A DNA stretch of 64,000 bases from a bacterium (GCA_016124235.1 WGOC01000017.1:290967-354966); one strand, 5' to 3'; shown: positions 45,971-57,000, numbered from the stretch's first letter. Numbers and translations: made by a program. Notes: generated by a model from the sequence alone, not told the origin.

Positions 45971-48091
45971 TCACGGCACTTGGGCTGCGCGATAAAACTC
46001 CGCGGGCGGCGGATTCGTCGCATTCGGAGTCACGTAAAGCAAGGTACCCGTGCCGTCGAGAAACTCGAGCACCTCGCCGGTGATCCAATTGGTAAACTGC
46101 TCGCTGCGGTCCAACGTAAACCGCTGACCGGTCGCGCCCGAAAACAAATACGAACTCAGATTGGCACCGCGCGAGTAATCAACGATTTCAATCGCGTTGG
46201 TCAGGATGTTGAGCTGGCTTCGCAGAACGGCACCCTCCACGCCGGCCACCACCAACTGCCCGGTGTCGTCGTGGTTGGCCGCATACAGCGACTTTTGCGT
46301 AATTGATCCGGCGTTCGTCCAGTGGATCGCATCCAGGCTCGCCAGCACGGCCCCCTGATTGCCGACCGCAAACCAGGTCTGATTCGTGTCCGCTGCCCGC
46401 GTGATGTCATTGATCCAGACGCCGGTACCGGAATCGACCGCCGTCCAGTTTGCTCCGTTCGCGCTTTGGAGCATCGTCCCACCTTGTCCGACCGCCATGA
46501 ATTGATTTGCGATATGGCGCACCCGATAAAGCCAGTTGGTCGTGTTCGAATCGATCGCCGTCCAGCTTGCGCCATCGGCACTGACCAAAATCGTCCCCCC
46601 GGCGCCGGTTGCCACAAAGCCCAAATCATCTGCCGCGACGCTGGAGAGAAAGTTGGTGGTGGGAGACGTTCGCACGGTCCAGTTCGTGCCGCGGTTGTCA
46701 CTTGTCAAAACCGTTCCGTCAGCACCGGTAACCACGAACCGGCCACTGTGTACCGTGACGCCTTGCAGGTCCTTGGTGGTCGGACGCGGATCGACCGCGT
46801 ACCAGATTGTTCCAATAGTATCGACCTCATTCGTGACCACCGTCTCAACGCCATCCACGACGTTCGTGATCAAGACATTTGTGAGGTAGCTGGGGCTGTA
46901 AATAATGCTGCCCTGATTGCCAACCGAAACGAGTCCATTGGTATCGCCGCCAATGCCGAGAAAGATCGAATTCGTCACCGCGTCAGGCACCAGTTCCAAG
47001 TTCCAGTCGACGCCATCGTCACTCGTGAGGATCGTCGCAAAATCCCCGGCCGCCACATATTGGTCCGGCAATCGCACCATGTCCCATAGCCACGACCGCA
47101 CGGGATCGCTGTGCGTCTCCCAGTAGAGCTTCGACGGATTTCCCGAGGTAAATCCGCTCACAAACATTCCCGAGCGGCCGGCCAAAAAATAGAACGGGTC
47201 AACTCGTTCGGCCGCAAAATAAGTCCAGGCCGGTGGCGGCGCCGGCTGATTGGGATCGAGCTCATTTGACCAGTTCAAGGGCAGCCCTTCGCCGATGCGA
47301 ACCTCGGAATCACCGGCCAGAAGGTATTGCGAGCCATTGTTGGCAGCGGCGAAGAGACCGGCCGTGGCCCCCGTTCCAACCGGTTGCCAGCTCACTCCGT
47401 TGAGACTCACGAGCGTTTTGCCGTTGTCGCCCAGCGCCCAAAAACTATTGCCCAGCCAGCGCACTTTGTTCAGCCAGGACGTCGTCAGCGAGTTTTGATT
47501 GGTCCACATTACGCCGTCCGAGCTGGTTGCGATGTATCCCCCTTGACCGACCGCGACGAACAAGCCGTTGGGATTGACCGTGACACTGGTCAACCAATTG
47601 GTTGTGCCGGATGTTTGGCGGGTCCATTCGTCGCCCGTGTTGCTGGTGTAGACGGCCCCATTGTCGCCCACCGAGACCAGGAGATTTGACGAAGCCGCCA
47701 CGCCTTCCAGCCAGTCGGTGGTCGGTGGATTAAGCACCGCCGGCCGGATATCCGATAACGAATCGGCATACAGTGCCGTTCCCTCTGCGCCGGTGATGAT
47801 CAGCCGGTCATTTAGAAACGCAAGAGCTCGCAGGGAGTTGGTTGTGCCGGTCTCGTGTGGGTCCCAGAGCACTTGATCATAGCTGGAGTAGAGCTGCCCA
47901 CTATCGGTCACCTGATAGACAAAACCGGCTTTGGCGATCATGTCGTAGACCGCATTGCCATGCGGTGTGGGATTGGACCAACGCCAGCGCAACGGCAGAT
48001 CCACTGCCGCAACTCGCATCGTGCAAACGGCCAGAATCAGTGCCCCGAACAGACGGCACCGCCCCTGCCTGGCTACAGACTGGGATCCCAT
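45971..48091 (-). CDS. Secreted BNR/Asp-box (Ycf48/sialidase-like) multi-repeat beta-propeller protein
   Basis: A motif of the form S.DGG.(T/N)W recurs ten or more times, for example TSSDGVMWTN, TSDDGVDWNL, VSADGASWTA and QSANGANWTA. Confidence 0.55.
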   Translation of the reverse strand: MGSQSVARQGRCRLFGALILAVCTMRVAAVDLPLRWRWSNPTPHGNAVYDMIAKAGFVYQVTDSGQLYSSYDQVLWDPHETGTTNSLRALAFLNDRLIITGAEGTALYADSLSDIRPAVLNPPTTDWLEGVAASSNLLVSVGDNGAVYTSNTGDEWTRQTSGTTNWLTSVTVNPNGLFVAVGQGGYIATSSDGVMWTNQNSLTTSWLNKVRWLGNSFWALGDNGKTLVSLNGVSWQPVGTGATAGLFAAANNGSQYLLAGDSEVRIGEGLPLNWSNELDPNQPAPPPAWTYFAAERVDPFYFLAGRSGMFVSGFTSGNPSKLYWETHSDPVRSWLWDMVRLPDQYVAAGDFATILTSDDGVDWNLELVPDAVTNSIFLGIGGDTNGLVSVGNQGSIIYSPSYLTNVLITNVVDGVETVVTNEVDTIGTIWYAVDPRPTTKDLQGVTVHSGRFVVTGADGTVLTSDNRGTNWTVRTSPTTNFLSSVAADDLGFVATGAGGTILVSADGASWTAIDSNTTNWLYRVRHIANQFMAVGQGGTMLQSANGANWTAVDSGTGVWINDITRAADTNQTWFAVGNQGAVLASLDAIHWTNAGSITQKSLYAANHDDTGQLVVAGVEGAVLRSQLNILTNAIEIVDYSRGANLSSYLFSGATGQRFTLDRSEQFTNWITGEVLEFLDGTGTLLYVTPNATNPPPAEFYRAAQVP

Positions 48092-48111
48092 AGGCGAACA
48101 GCGCCGCCAAC

Positions 48112-49563
48112 CTAAGGCCGCACCAGCGGTTCATCCAGCGGAGATTTTTCGACTTTTTGGCAGAGGGGAATCTCCAATACGAATGACGTTCCCTCCGGCG
48201 AACTGTTCTCCAATCGCAATTCCGCACCGAGATGAGCGGCAAGTTGCTTGGAAATCGCGAGGCCGATGCCGGTGCCACCTTCGCGAGTCGACTTGCACGG
48301 CACAAAGAGATCCTGGCGGACCGGGTCCGGCAAACCGGGGCCCTGATCGATAACCCGGCATGTGAGCTGGTCGTGAACGCCGGTCATCTCCAACCGTACA
48401 ACGCTGTCACGAGAGGACGCCTGCAACGCATTCTGCAGGAGATTGCCCAGGATCAAACTCACGAGATTCGCCTGGCGGTTGTCCAGTTGCGCATCGCCCG
48501 AAACGTCCGTCTTGAGGAAGACCCCGGCGGGCTGAAATTGGCCTGCCATCCGTTGGTTCAGGATTTCGGACAACTCCGCGAGCGACAATTCATAGGCCAC
48601 GCCCTGCTCTTCCTCACGCAGCACGCGCACGACCTCGGCGACCATTTGTTGCATTCGTCGAGTCGAATCAACCGCATCCTGCCAGAGCGGGTTCTCCACT
48701 CTTTCCGTGGATCCGCTTTGCCCCTGCACAAACTGGTGCAACCCGCTGAGCGGGTTCTTCAGCCCGTGAATCAAGTGTGCGGTCACCGAGCCAACCGCGG
48801 CCGTTCGCGCGGCCCGAGCGAGTTCCTCGTTGGCGCGCAAAAGATCGCGAGTCCGATCGGCCAACTGACGATGCTTCCGCTGCATCCGCGAAAACGCCCA
48901 GCCAACGCCCGCGGTCAGAATGATGCCGCCCAACCCGAACATCACCGCCGCCTGGGTGATCAGGCTTTGGTCGAGATCCGCAAACTCCGCGGCGATGGAT
49001 TGTCCTTCGAGGATGAACTGACCAATGCCCACGATCTCCGCGCCGGGCTTGGATTGCAAAGGCAGGGTCACCTCAAGAAGCGGCAGGGCGGGTTCCTGAC
49101 CGGACGTCTCGTCGGCCGTCAGAAATATTTCCGAACGATGGACCGCCGGTCGAAATTGTGTCACCGGTTTGGACGACATCAATCGTGCCATTTCAGCAGG
49201 CGTCAGCGAACCTTCGGACACGTCGAACGGCATTGTCGCATAACACGATCCATTCGTTTCGAACAAACGAGTGGCGAGAACACCGCGCGCCCGCGAGGCG
49301 TTGAGCAAAACCGTCCATTGATCGACCGGCTCCCGCACTTCCGCGCGAACCTCGTTCGCAACCTCGGCGAACTGGGCGCCGACCATCGCGCGCAGAACTT
49401 CGACGTCGCGGTTGAGAATCTGTTGCCGAACGCGGGTCCGCATCCGCTGAGCCAGCTCGCCGATGGCCAGTCCGTAAACCGCAAGAATCAGCGCCAACAT
49501 CGACCACATCACCCGACGATTGCGGTGCAATTCGTCGTCGATCGGTCTGGTCGTGGCGGCCAT
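48112..49563 (-). CDS. Sensor histidine kinase with periplasmic sensor domain
   Basis: Two transmembrane helices, a HisKA H-box (HLIHGLKNPLSGL) and HATPase_c motifs (GTGIGLAI). Confidence 0.85.
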   Translation of the reverse strand: MAATTRPIDDELHRNRRVMWSMLALILAVYGLAIGELAQRMRTRVRQQILNRDVEVLRAMVGAQFAEVANEVRAEVREPVDQWTVLLNASRARGVLATRLFETNGSCYATMPFDVSEGSLTPAEMARLMSSKPVTQFRPAVHRSEIFLTADETSGQEPALPLLEVTLPLQSKPGAEIVGIGQFILEGQSIAAEFADLDQSLITQAAVMFGLGGIILTAGVGWAFSRMQRKHRQLADRTRDLLRANEELARAARTAAVGSVTAHLIHGLKNPLSGLHQFVQGQSGSTERVENPLWQDAVDSTRRMQQMVAEVVRVLREEEQGVAYELSLAELSEILNQRMAGQFQPAGVFLKTDVSGDAQLDNRQANLVSLILGNLLQNALQASSRDSVVRLEMTGVHDQLTCRVIDQGPGLPDPVRQDLFVPCKSTREGGTGIGLAISKQLAAHLGAELRLENSSPEGTSFVLEIPLCQKVEKSPLDEPLVRP

Positions 49564-49567
49564 TTCG

Positions 49568-50740
49568 CTAGAACTCCCAGTCGATTCCCGTGCTCACGGT
49601 GTTCACGGTGTAATTGTCGTACGAAAGGTTTGCGTCCGACTGCTCAAACATGTAATCGGCGAACAACTTAAAGGATTTTCTCAGCCGCCGACTGGCCCGC
49701 AATCCCACTTCGCTCATCAATCGCTCACGTCGTTCGCCTGGATTCTCGTCCGAGAGTTGGTGATCATATTGATACCACGAAAAACGTCCGCGAAGTTCTG
49801 CCTCCCAATTCTTGTCCCGATAGCGGAGCTGCAACAACGCCGAGTAACGGTTGTAACTGAAATACCCGGATGCCCCATCGTCGTTTCGCACAAAACCGCC
49901 GCGCGCGACCAACCGCCATTGCCGCGCTGCGTCAAAATAATATTGCCACTCGAGTTCAGCGGTGTGGATGAGATACGACAATTTGGTGTCCGCCAGGGGT
50001 GTGCCGTCGGTCGCATATTCGCGACGAGTGTCGTAATCCCGGCGATAGATTTGATAGCTCAGTTTGACGGCGGAACTCTTTTTCAGATCAATGCCGAATT
50101 CGAGTTGTGGCCCGTACTCAGAATAGTCGTCCACTTCCGGTTGTTCGAAGATCTCGCGCTGCCAGTCGATCTCCAGGCGGACGTGTTTGTTCTTGCCCAA
50201 ATGCCGCAACACTTCACCGCTTGTCTGGAACTGCTGGCCCTGCACCGGCAGCGTGCTCAAGTCCGCCTCCGTGGCCGACAGGTCAATTACTTGATCCTGA
50301 TAAAAATAGCGCTCGCCGAGACCAACCTGCCAGTTGGGTGACAAATCATGTTTGACCTGGGCGAACGCAAGAATGGTTCGTTCGCCTCGCACGTCGTCGA
50401 TGCGATTGGTGATCACCGGACCAGCCAGTGAGTTGGTGATGCGGCCGCCATCGAAGTAACGCCGGTCGTCAACACTGGCGAAGACATTAACCTGAGTGCC
50501 ATCCAGCGGAAGCCGCACGATCGTCGCGTCAAAACCGGACACCAACATCGTGGTGGATTTCTTGTTGATGTCGGAAAAAAGAATGTTGTCCGAATAACCC
50601 AGCCCCGCCCGCAAACTGTAAAACTGCTGCCAAAATGGCAAATCCTCGAGCAGGTCTCCCGGCTCGAGGTTTTCAGCTCTAACATTTGCCGCGGATAACA
50701 TCAAAAACACAGCGGCGCCACGTACGATCGCATTACCCAT
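49568..50740 (-). CDS. Outer-membrane beta-barrel protein, co-transcribed with the downstream histidine kinase
   Basis: Signal peptide, alternating amphipathic strands, and the C-terminal GIDWEF aromatic terminus. It stops 4 nt before the histidine kinase start. Confidence 0.5.
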   Translation of the reverse strand: MGNAIVRGAAVFLMLSAANVRAENLEPGDLLEDLPFWQQFYSLRAGLGYSDNILFSDINKKSTTMLVSGFDATIVRLPLDGTQVNVFASVDDRRYFDGGRITNSLAGPVITNRIDDVRGERTILAFAQVKHDLSPNWQVGLGERYFYQDQVIDLSATEADLSTLPVQGQQFQTSGEVLRHLGKNKHVRLEIDWQREIFEQPEVDDYSEYGPQLEFGIDLKKSSAVKLSYQIYRRDYDTRREYATDGTPLADTKLSYLIHTAELEWQYYFDAARQWRLVARGGFVRNDDGASGYFSYNRYSALLQLRYRDKNWEAELRGRFSWYQYDHQLSDENPGERRERLMSEVGLRASRRLRKSFKLFADYMFEQSDANLSYDNYTVNTVSTGIDWEF

Positions 50741-50819
50741 CCGGAACCATGCCCTGAAGACGATCCATTAGCTGGTGATTGTCGATTAATCTCACAAAAT
50801 TCGCTGCAGCCAATTTTGA

Positions 50820-51338
50820 CTATTGCCGACGGCGATCGCCCGCGCCTTCCTTGCTCCCTTCGTCCACCACTTCACGCAACTGGCTTTGCAGTTCGCGACG
50901 GAGTTCAACGGCACGTTCCTTGACTTGGGAGCGAAATTCCAATTGCAGTTCGCGCCACTTGTCCAAGTTGTCCCGCATCTGCGCGCGAAGCGCTGCCCGA
51001 TCCTGACCGTTTGCCTGGCGCATGTTTGCGGCGATCGATTTTTGCTTTTTCAAGTACTGCTCCCGCGCGGCCTGAAACCGGGCGATCATTTCCTTGAGAT
51101 CCGCCGGTTGGTTCGGCTCCGGCCGATTGACACCCGCGGTGGGGCTCCCGGCGGTCGGCGAGTTCGGAACGCCAATCTGGCGGCCTTGGTCGCTAATACT
51201 CGGTGCCTGGTCACTCGCCGGATTCGCCTGCGCCGGCTTATTGTTGGTCGACCCGGTGTCCTGCGCGCACACCGTACCGGCGGCCAACAAGGCCGACAGG
51301 AGAAGTCCACGCATCCGGGATTGTTCTTTCGTCTTCAT
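50820..51338 (-). CDS. Periplasmic coiled-coil protein, tentatively Spy/CpxP/ZraP-like
   Basis: A signal peptide (MKTKEQSRMRGLLLSALLAAGTVCAQ) is followed by a Q/R/E-rich helical region. Its position between a sigma54 response regulator and a histidine kinase resembles zraP. Confidence 0.35.
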   Translation of the reverse strand: MKTKEQSRMRGLLLSALLAAGTVCAQDTGSTNNKPAQANPASDQAPSISDQGRQIGVPNSPTAGSPTAGVNRPEPNQPADLKEMIARFQAAREQYLKKQKSIAANMRQANGQDRAALRAQMRDNLDKWRELQLEFRSQVKERAVELRRELQSQLREVVDEGSKEGAGDRRRQ

Positions 51339-51561
51339 TATCTGAACTGCATTTAACATCGCTTCCGAAAGGCCGTTTGCAGGATGCCTGCCATTCGCGC
51401 GTTTTCCAGTGCACCTGGTTGTTAATGCGTCAGTTACAATTACAACACTTGGTCAGTTTAAATCGTCAGTTTGTGCCAAAGTTGGGTGAAATTACCCTGT
51501 TTCCGGCCAAATGGCATCAATTAATTGGGGGCGACAGCCCACGTACAAATTCACGCCAAAA

Positions 51562-52983
51562 TTAATCGGCCGCACCACGTTTCGCATCAAGGCGATAACG
51601 CACGTAATCACGCGAAACACCGAGCAACCGGGCCGCCGCCGAAACGTTCTGATTGGTTTGCTTAAGCGCGTGGTGAATCAAATGATTGATCGCCGCCTCC
51701 AACGAAAAACCGTCTTCCGGATAGCGAAATGCCTCATTGAACCATTGGTCGGGACCGAGTCCACCACCCAGCACGCCCGAGCTGGAGCTCGCTCCATCCA
51801 GATGACTGAATTCCAACTGGTCGCCTTCTTCGAAGACGATTGCACGCTCCAGTTCATGGGCCAACTCGCGGACGTTCCCCGGAAAGCCATGTCGCAACAA
51901 ACGCTCGCGCCCGGCGTCACTGATCTTTCGCGCTGGCACTCGATGCTTTCGTGACACCTGATCCAACAAACGTTCGGCGAGCGGCACAATGTCATTCCGC
52001 CGCATACGCAGCGGCGGAATGCTGAGTCGAAAAAGATCGAGCCGATGCAGCAGGTCCTCCCGGAATTCCCCGTTCGCCACGGCTTCGCGCAGATCACGAT
52101 TGGTCGCCGCAATAATCCGGGCGTTCACGTTGATCGGCTTGTTGCTTCCCACGCGCCGGATCTGCCGGTCCTCAATCGCGGTCAGCACCTTCGCCTGCAA
52201 CGCCGACGACAAGCTTGGTAGTTCGTCGAGAAACAACGTTCCCCCGTCAGCGGCCTCGAACAGCCCCATGCGGGCCGCCTTAGCATCGGTAAAAGCACCG
52301 CGCTCGTGTCCAAATAGTTCCGACTCCGCCAACGACTCCGGCAACGCCGAACAGTTGACCTCCACCAACGGCGCCTTCGCCCGCGGTCCATTCTGGTGAA
52401 TCCAACGCGCGATCGTGGTTTTGCCCGTGCCCGTTTCACCTTCGATCAAAACGGGCGGCGCGGGCTCGCTCACTCCCATGCGCACGTCGGCCGCGATAAT
52501 TTTATTGATCCGATCTTCCAGCGCCGCGAGGGACTCACCGAAAAAGAAGGCCGGTTGGTTGCGCGCCACTTCGGAGCGTCGATGTTGCTCCACGCGATCC
52601 GACTGGCGTGTACGCCGCACCCGGCGAAACACCAACGGCAATTCCGCCGGTTCAAAAGGTTTCGCCAAGAAATCCAACGCACCCAATCGCAGCGCTTCGA
52701 CGGCTGTATTCACCTCGGCTTCGGCGGTCATCACGATGACAGCCGTGTTGGTGCCGAACGCGTTGATCTTGAGTAATTCGGTACCGCGTCCGTCGGGCAA
52801 ATTGAGGTCGAGCAATACAAAGTCGAAACTGAGCGAATCGGCGAAACTCCGTGCCGTACCGAGATCACCGGCCTGCGAGATATCTGCGCCCAACCGCTCC
52901 AAATGTGCAGCGATCTGCTTCCGCAGCAGCACCTCGTCGTCAACGATCAAAACGCTGACACCCGCCAGTTCCATCAAAGGCAT
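51562..52983 (-). CDS. Sigma-54-dependent response regulator (NtrC/ZraR family: REC + AAA+ + Fis-type HTH)
   Basis: REC domain D-box; GETGTGKT Walker A; GAFTDA and ESELFGH signatures; C-terminal helix-turn-helix. Confidence 0.9.
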   Translation of the reverse strand: MPLMELAGVSVLIVDDEVLLRKQIAAHLERLGADISQAGDLGTARSFADSLSFDFVLLDLNLPDGRGTELLKINAFGTNTAVIVMTAEAEVNTAVEALRLGALDFLAKPFEPAELPLVFRRVRRTRQSDRVEQHRRSEVARNQPAFFFGESLAALEDRINKIIAADVRMGVSEPAPPVLIEGETGTGKTTIARWIHQNGPRAKAPLVEVNCSALPESLAESELFGHERGAFTDAKAARMGLFEAADGGTLFLDELPSLSSALQAKVLTAIEDRQIRRVGSNKPINVNARIIAATNRDLREAVANGEFREDLLHRLDLFRLSIPPLRMRRNDIVPLAERLLDQVSRKHRVPARKISDAGRERLLRHGFPGNVRELAHELERAIVFEEGDQLEFSHLDGASSSSGVLGGGLGPDQWFNEAFRYPEDGFSLEAAINHLIHHALKQTNQNVSAAARLLGVSRDYVRYRLDAKRGAAD

Positions 52984-53310
52984 GCGCGAGTTTTGCCGGG
53001 AGCCGTCCCCGATGAAAACTGAAAACGTACAAAGTTCCGTACTTGGCGGATCATTCCCCCCTAGCCATTGATTTACGAACAGAAGCTGGAGCCGGTCGTG
53101 GGCAGGCCTTCAACACACAGAGGAGCGCGCGCGACGGCGAGTGGGCGCGTTGCTTCGCAAAACAGGACGCGCTTACCGCCCGTGGTCCTCCCGGAGCGCG
53201 GCCTGCAATTCGCTATTCTCGCCAATCCAAATCCACGTTGGTTGAACAACAGACAAGTAGTTCGCGCTAATTCGTGGAATTCGCGTCCATCCCGTGCCTT
53301 CTACCCCTTT

Positions 53311-53363
53311 TCTCTACACATGTAGATTTACCGGTTGACATCTTTACGTTTGTAGAGATAGTG
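53311..53363. promoter_or_regulatory. Putative blaI promoter with two BlaI/MecI-type TACA-N-TGTA operator dyads
   Basis: TCTACAcaTGTAGA (53313-53326); -35 TTGACA (53335-53340); 17-bp spacer containing TCTTTACGtttGTAGAGA; -10-like GATAGT. The blaI ATG is 28 bp downstream. Confidence 0.45.
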
Positions 53364-53390
53364 GCCGGCAACCACCCAAAATCACTGACC

Positions 53391-53777
53391 ATGCCTGAAT
53401 CATCCGTTGAATTGACCGAAGCCGAATGGGCCATCATCAAAGCCATCTGGAAGTCCGAGCCCACCACCGCCCCGGCCGTCCAGGAGGCGCTCTTCAAACA
53501 AACCGGCTGGACCTACAGCACCGTCCGTACGCTCATGGATCGCATGACTGTCAAAGGGCTGCTCAAGGCGACCAAGAAAGGCAAGGTCACGAGCTTTACG
53601 TCGGCCGTCACGCGCGCCCAGGCCCAGCGCAGCGAACTTCTTTACGCGTTGAAGCACGCCTTCAATGGTGCACTCACGCCGATGGTTCAGTGCCTTCTCG
53701 AATCGCAAAAGCTGAGCGATGCCGAGATCACCGAACTGGAAACGCTTATTCGCGAGCGCAAACGGAGGGGGAAATGA
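53391..53777 (+). CDS. BlaI/MecI/CopY-family transcriptional repressor (penicillinase-repressor fold)
   Basis: LTEAEWAIIKAIWKSEPTTAPAVQEAL...WTYSTVRTLMDRMTVKGLL is a winged-helix BlaI signature. The ATG is at 53391. Confidence 0.85.
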   Translation: MPESSVELTEAEWAIIKAIWKSEPTTAPAVQEALFKQTGWTYSTVRTLMDRMTVKGLLKATKKGKVTSFTSAVTRAQAQRSELLYALKHAFNGALTPMVQCLLESQKLSDAEITELETLIRERKRRGK

Positions 53778-53937
53778 AAACGACGACAAACGAAACCGCG
53801 AAGCTAGTTCCTCGCGCAAACGCTGGAACGGCCGACGGTCCAAGGACCAAGGTTCAAGCCCAAATGAAACTTCAATTACCAATTCAACAATCCGCCATCA
53901 AGTCGCCCCAAACGTTGACTCTTCCATGGGTTGATTG

Positions 53938-53983
53938 TTGGAAGTTCCCTGGAACTTTGACCTTTGACCTTGGAACTTCACCC
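53938..53983. promoter_or_regulatory. Palindrome/direct-repeat cluster in the blaI - blaR1-secretin spacer
   Basis: Near-perfect 16-bp palindrome AAGTTCCctGGAACTT (53942-53957), tandem TTTGACC x2 (53956-53969), and a third TTGGAACTTCA (53970-53980). It lies 30-75 bp upstream of ATG 54013. Confidence 0.35.
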
Positions 53984-54012
53984 GTCCCCCCTGCGAACAA
54001 ACATGATCCCGT

Positions 54013-57000
54013 ATGAACGGATTCATTGAACAACTGAACCAGTGGGGATTGACCGCGATTCCCTTCGCCGCCCAACTGCTGTGGCAGACGAGCGTGTTGA
54101 TCGTGGTGTTGCTGGCACTGGATTTGGTCCTGCGCAACCGGGTGCGGGCGGGCTTTCGTTACACGCTCTGGACGTTATTGCTGGTCAAGTTGGTCCTGCC
54201 GCCAACCATCGCCTTCCCGACGGGCGTGGGTTATTGGGTCAATCGATCGACTAAAGAAACGCCTGTGCAACAAACGGTGGTCCTTCAGCCAAAGTTCGAA
54301 GTCGCTTACCCAACCGTCGTAACCACCGAGGCATCAGCTTTCCAAAGCGTCCAAAACTTCGAACCGCTTCCGGCAACCGAACCAGCACCACCACCACCGA
54401 CACCGAAGCTCTCGCGCGATGGCTGGTTGTTGGTTGCTTCGGTGAGTGGCACGTTGCTTCTGCTCAGTTGGATGCTCTGGCGCTGGCGTTGGGTCAACCG
54501 GATCGTCAAAGCCAGCACGTCGGCTGCTGATGAACTTCAGCAACTCGCGGTTGATTGTATTCAATCGATGAGGTCGTCCGGCGCCAGTGTGCTGCCGGCA
54601 GCTTGCCGGCAGAAAGACAGGCGAGACGCCTCTCCTACCCTGCGGCTCACCGATGCTCCGATGTCACCAGCGGTGTATGGTCTATTTCGTCCGGTCATCT
54701 TGTTGCCCCGACAACTCGTGAGCCGGCTCTCGATCGAGCAACTCCGCACCGTTCTTCTGCACGAGTTGATCCATCTGCGCCGACGTGATCTCTGGGTGAA
54801 CTGTCTGCAGTCGATTCTGCAAATCGCGTGTTGGTGGCACCCGTTGCTCTGGTTGGCTAATGCCCGGATTCGACGCGTCCGCGAGGAAGCCGTCGATGAA
54901 GCGGTGGCCAGCGCGTTGCGCGACGACGCCGATGCCTATCCCGCAACTTTACTCGAAGTCGCCAAATTCACCATTACCCGACCGTTGATGACGCTCGGAT
55001 TGGTCGGCATTTTGGAATCGAAGAACGCCCTGAAGCAACGCATTCGTCGCTTGCTCGAACAAAAGCCTCTCGACAGCACTCGTCTCAAGTGGTGGCAGTG
55101 GACCGCTCTCATCGGCTTTGCCCTCGCCGCGCTGCCGATGGCTCAGGGGCAGCGCGATTTCTCCAGCCAGAAGAGCAAAACGTCCACCGCCGAAGAATTG
55201 CCAAAGCCAAATTCGAATTCGCCCATAACTGAGAATGACAGCACTCCCACCAACGTCTCGGTTGAAGTTCGAATCATAGAAATCGCGGAAACCAATTTGC
55301 ACAACCTCGGACTTGATAGGCCGGACTGGATACTTCCGACCGGACTCAACACTCCGGAAGCGGTCAGCTTCAAGGATGGTCTGGCAATCCTTACGGACCC
55401 CCAATTCCGCATAGTCATCAAGGCCTTGGAACAGAGGCAGGGCGTCAATCAATGGTTCGTCCCTCGTGTCACTACCGCAAGCGGGAAACCGGCCCAATTT
55501 AGACTGACCAACTCGCCGACTTCGGGTCCACGCCAACAGAACAGTCTTCTTCAAGATTTCAGTCCTTTGATCGACGTCATTCCTTATGTCGCGGCTGACG
55601 GAGCAATGATTCAAACGACGGTCGCCGCAACCGTAGGTCCGTTTGCGGATGCCACGGGATCGGCCAATTCCCTGTCTCGTCCCGGAGGTGGGGATTTAGC
55701 AGATCCAGCACATAAATCCTATTTTCAAGACTGGAGCAACCGAGGGACAGAAATTAACGCCGATGCGCCAAAACCTTCACCATTCCATATTCGGAGAATC
55801 ACAACCACGGCAAACGTCTGGAACGGTCAAACGATAGTTCTCGCAGGCTCACCCGGTCATTCGCGGGCAGGCGACTCAACCAACACGACTCAGACCCTCG
55901 TGTTTGTCACACCTTCCATCGTCGGCAAGCAGCTCGACTGGTCTCGCGCAAATACAAGGCCACCGCAACCCACGGGGAAAAAGGATCAAGGAACTGATTC
56001 GAATCCCACTGAACCACCGACCAACGAGAAACGGGACAGTACCAACCCCAATACGCAAACGACCGACCTCTCGAACTTGGTCTCCGCCGCTGCCGTCGAT
56101 CTACAGGCCCAGAAAGACACGCTACGCTCGCTTTGCGATAAACTCGGATACGTGAAGCTTTGGACGTTTGACACCGCAACAATCAGCAGTCCGTTTGTGG
56201 AGCATCAACTAAAGTTACTTGAACCGCAGAAGCCAGAACTTCAGGCGTGCATTGATCAGCTAAGGGAAGCGCGCAATCGGCAAAACACCGTTGAAATGCG
56301 GCTGGCCCAGACAAAGATTAACGCCGAACTGAACAAAAATCGCGGGCCATACGATCAACGCGAAGCGGCTGGCGCAATCTCAAACCAGCTTTCCTCCGTT
56401 GCACTGGAGCTTGAACACGCGAGATCAGAATATGAACGACTAAAGAACGAGCTGGGATCCGACCCGTCACTCAATCCTGAACAAACGCTCAGCAAGTCCG
56501 AGTTTCTTCGACTGCTCCCCGTTGTGCAGGCGGGAATCAAAGTCAACCAGTGCTCGAACGTGTTGGAATCGCTAAGAATTGCTGCGGCGAAACAGTCCGC
56601 ACAATTTGAGGGCGGTGTTCCATCCAATTTGCCGGGCTCAGATATAAGTAGATTCTCGCCTCCCTATTCACTCAACGATACGAACTTGGACGTCATGGGC
56701 CTGCACATGATCCGGGATCAATCCTCTTGGCCGGATTCGCGGTTCAAGGGTTATCACCCGATCGGTTTGGAACCGCGCTTTGTGCTGGTTCCCATCGAGG
56801 GATTGAAGAAGGCGCTGAACGGTCAACTGCCGGTCGCCCAACCGCTCATCGTCGCCTCAAACCAACTCGACGCGCTGACCAACTCATTGATCGAAGCCGG
56901 CGCGATGGATCATTCATCCGCCGAGCCGATGCGCTTCGGCAAGATGAGCGGCGGTGTTTTCCACTGGAACGTCGCCAGTAACGCCGTAGCGCGCGTGCAA

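Noticed and set aside
48232-49671. 479-aa plus-strand ORF
   Set aside because: It is antisense to the sensor kinase and the outer-membrane-protein gene.
51461-51480. TGGCAC hexamer (minus strand) upstream of the periplasmic-protein gene as a possible sigma54 -24 element
   Set aside because: The -12 GC/TTGC element is absent at the required 10-11 nt spacing.
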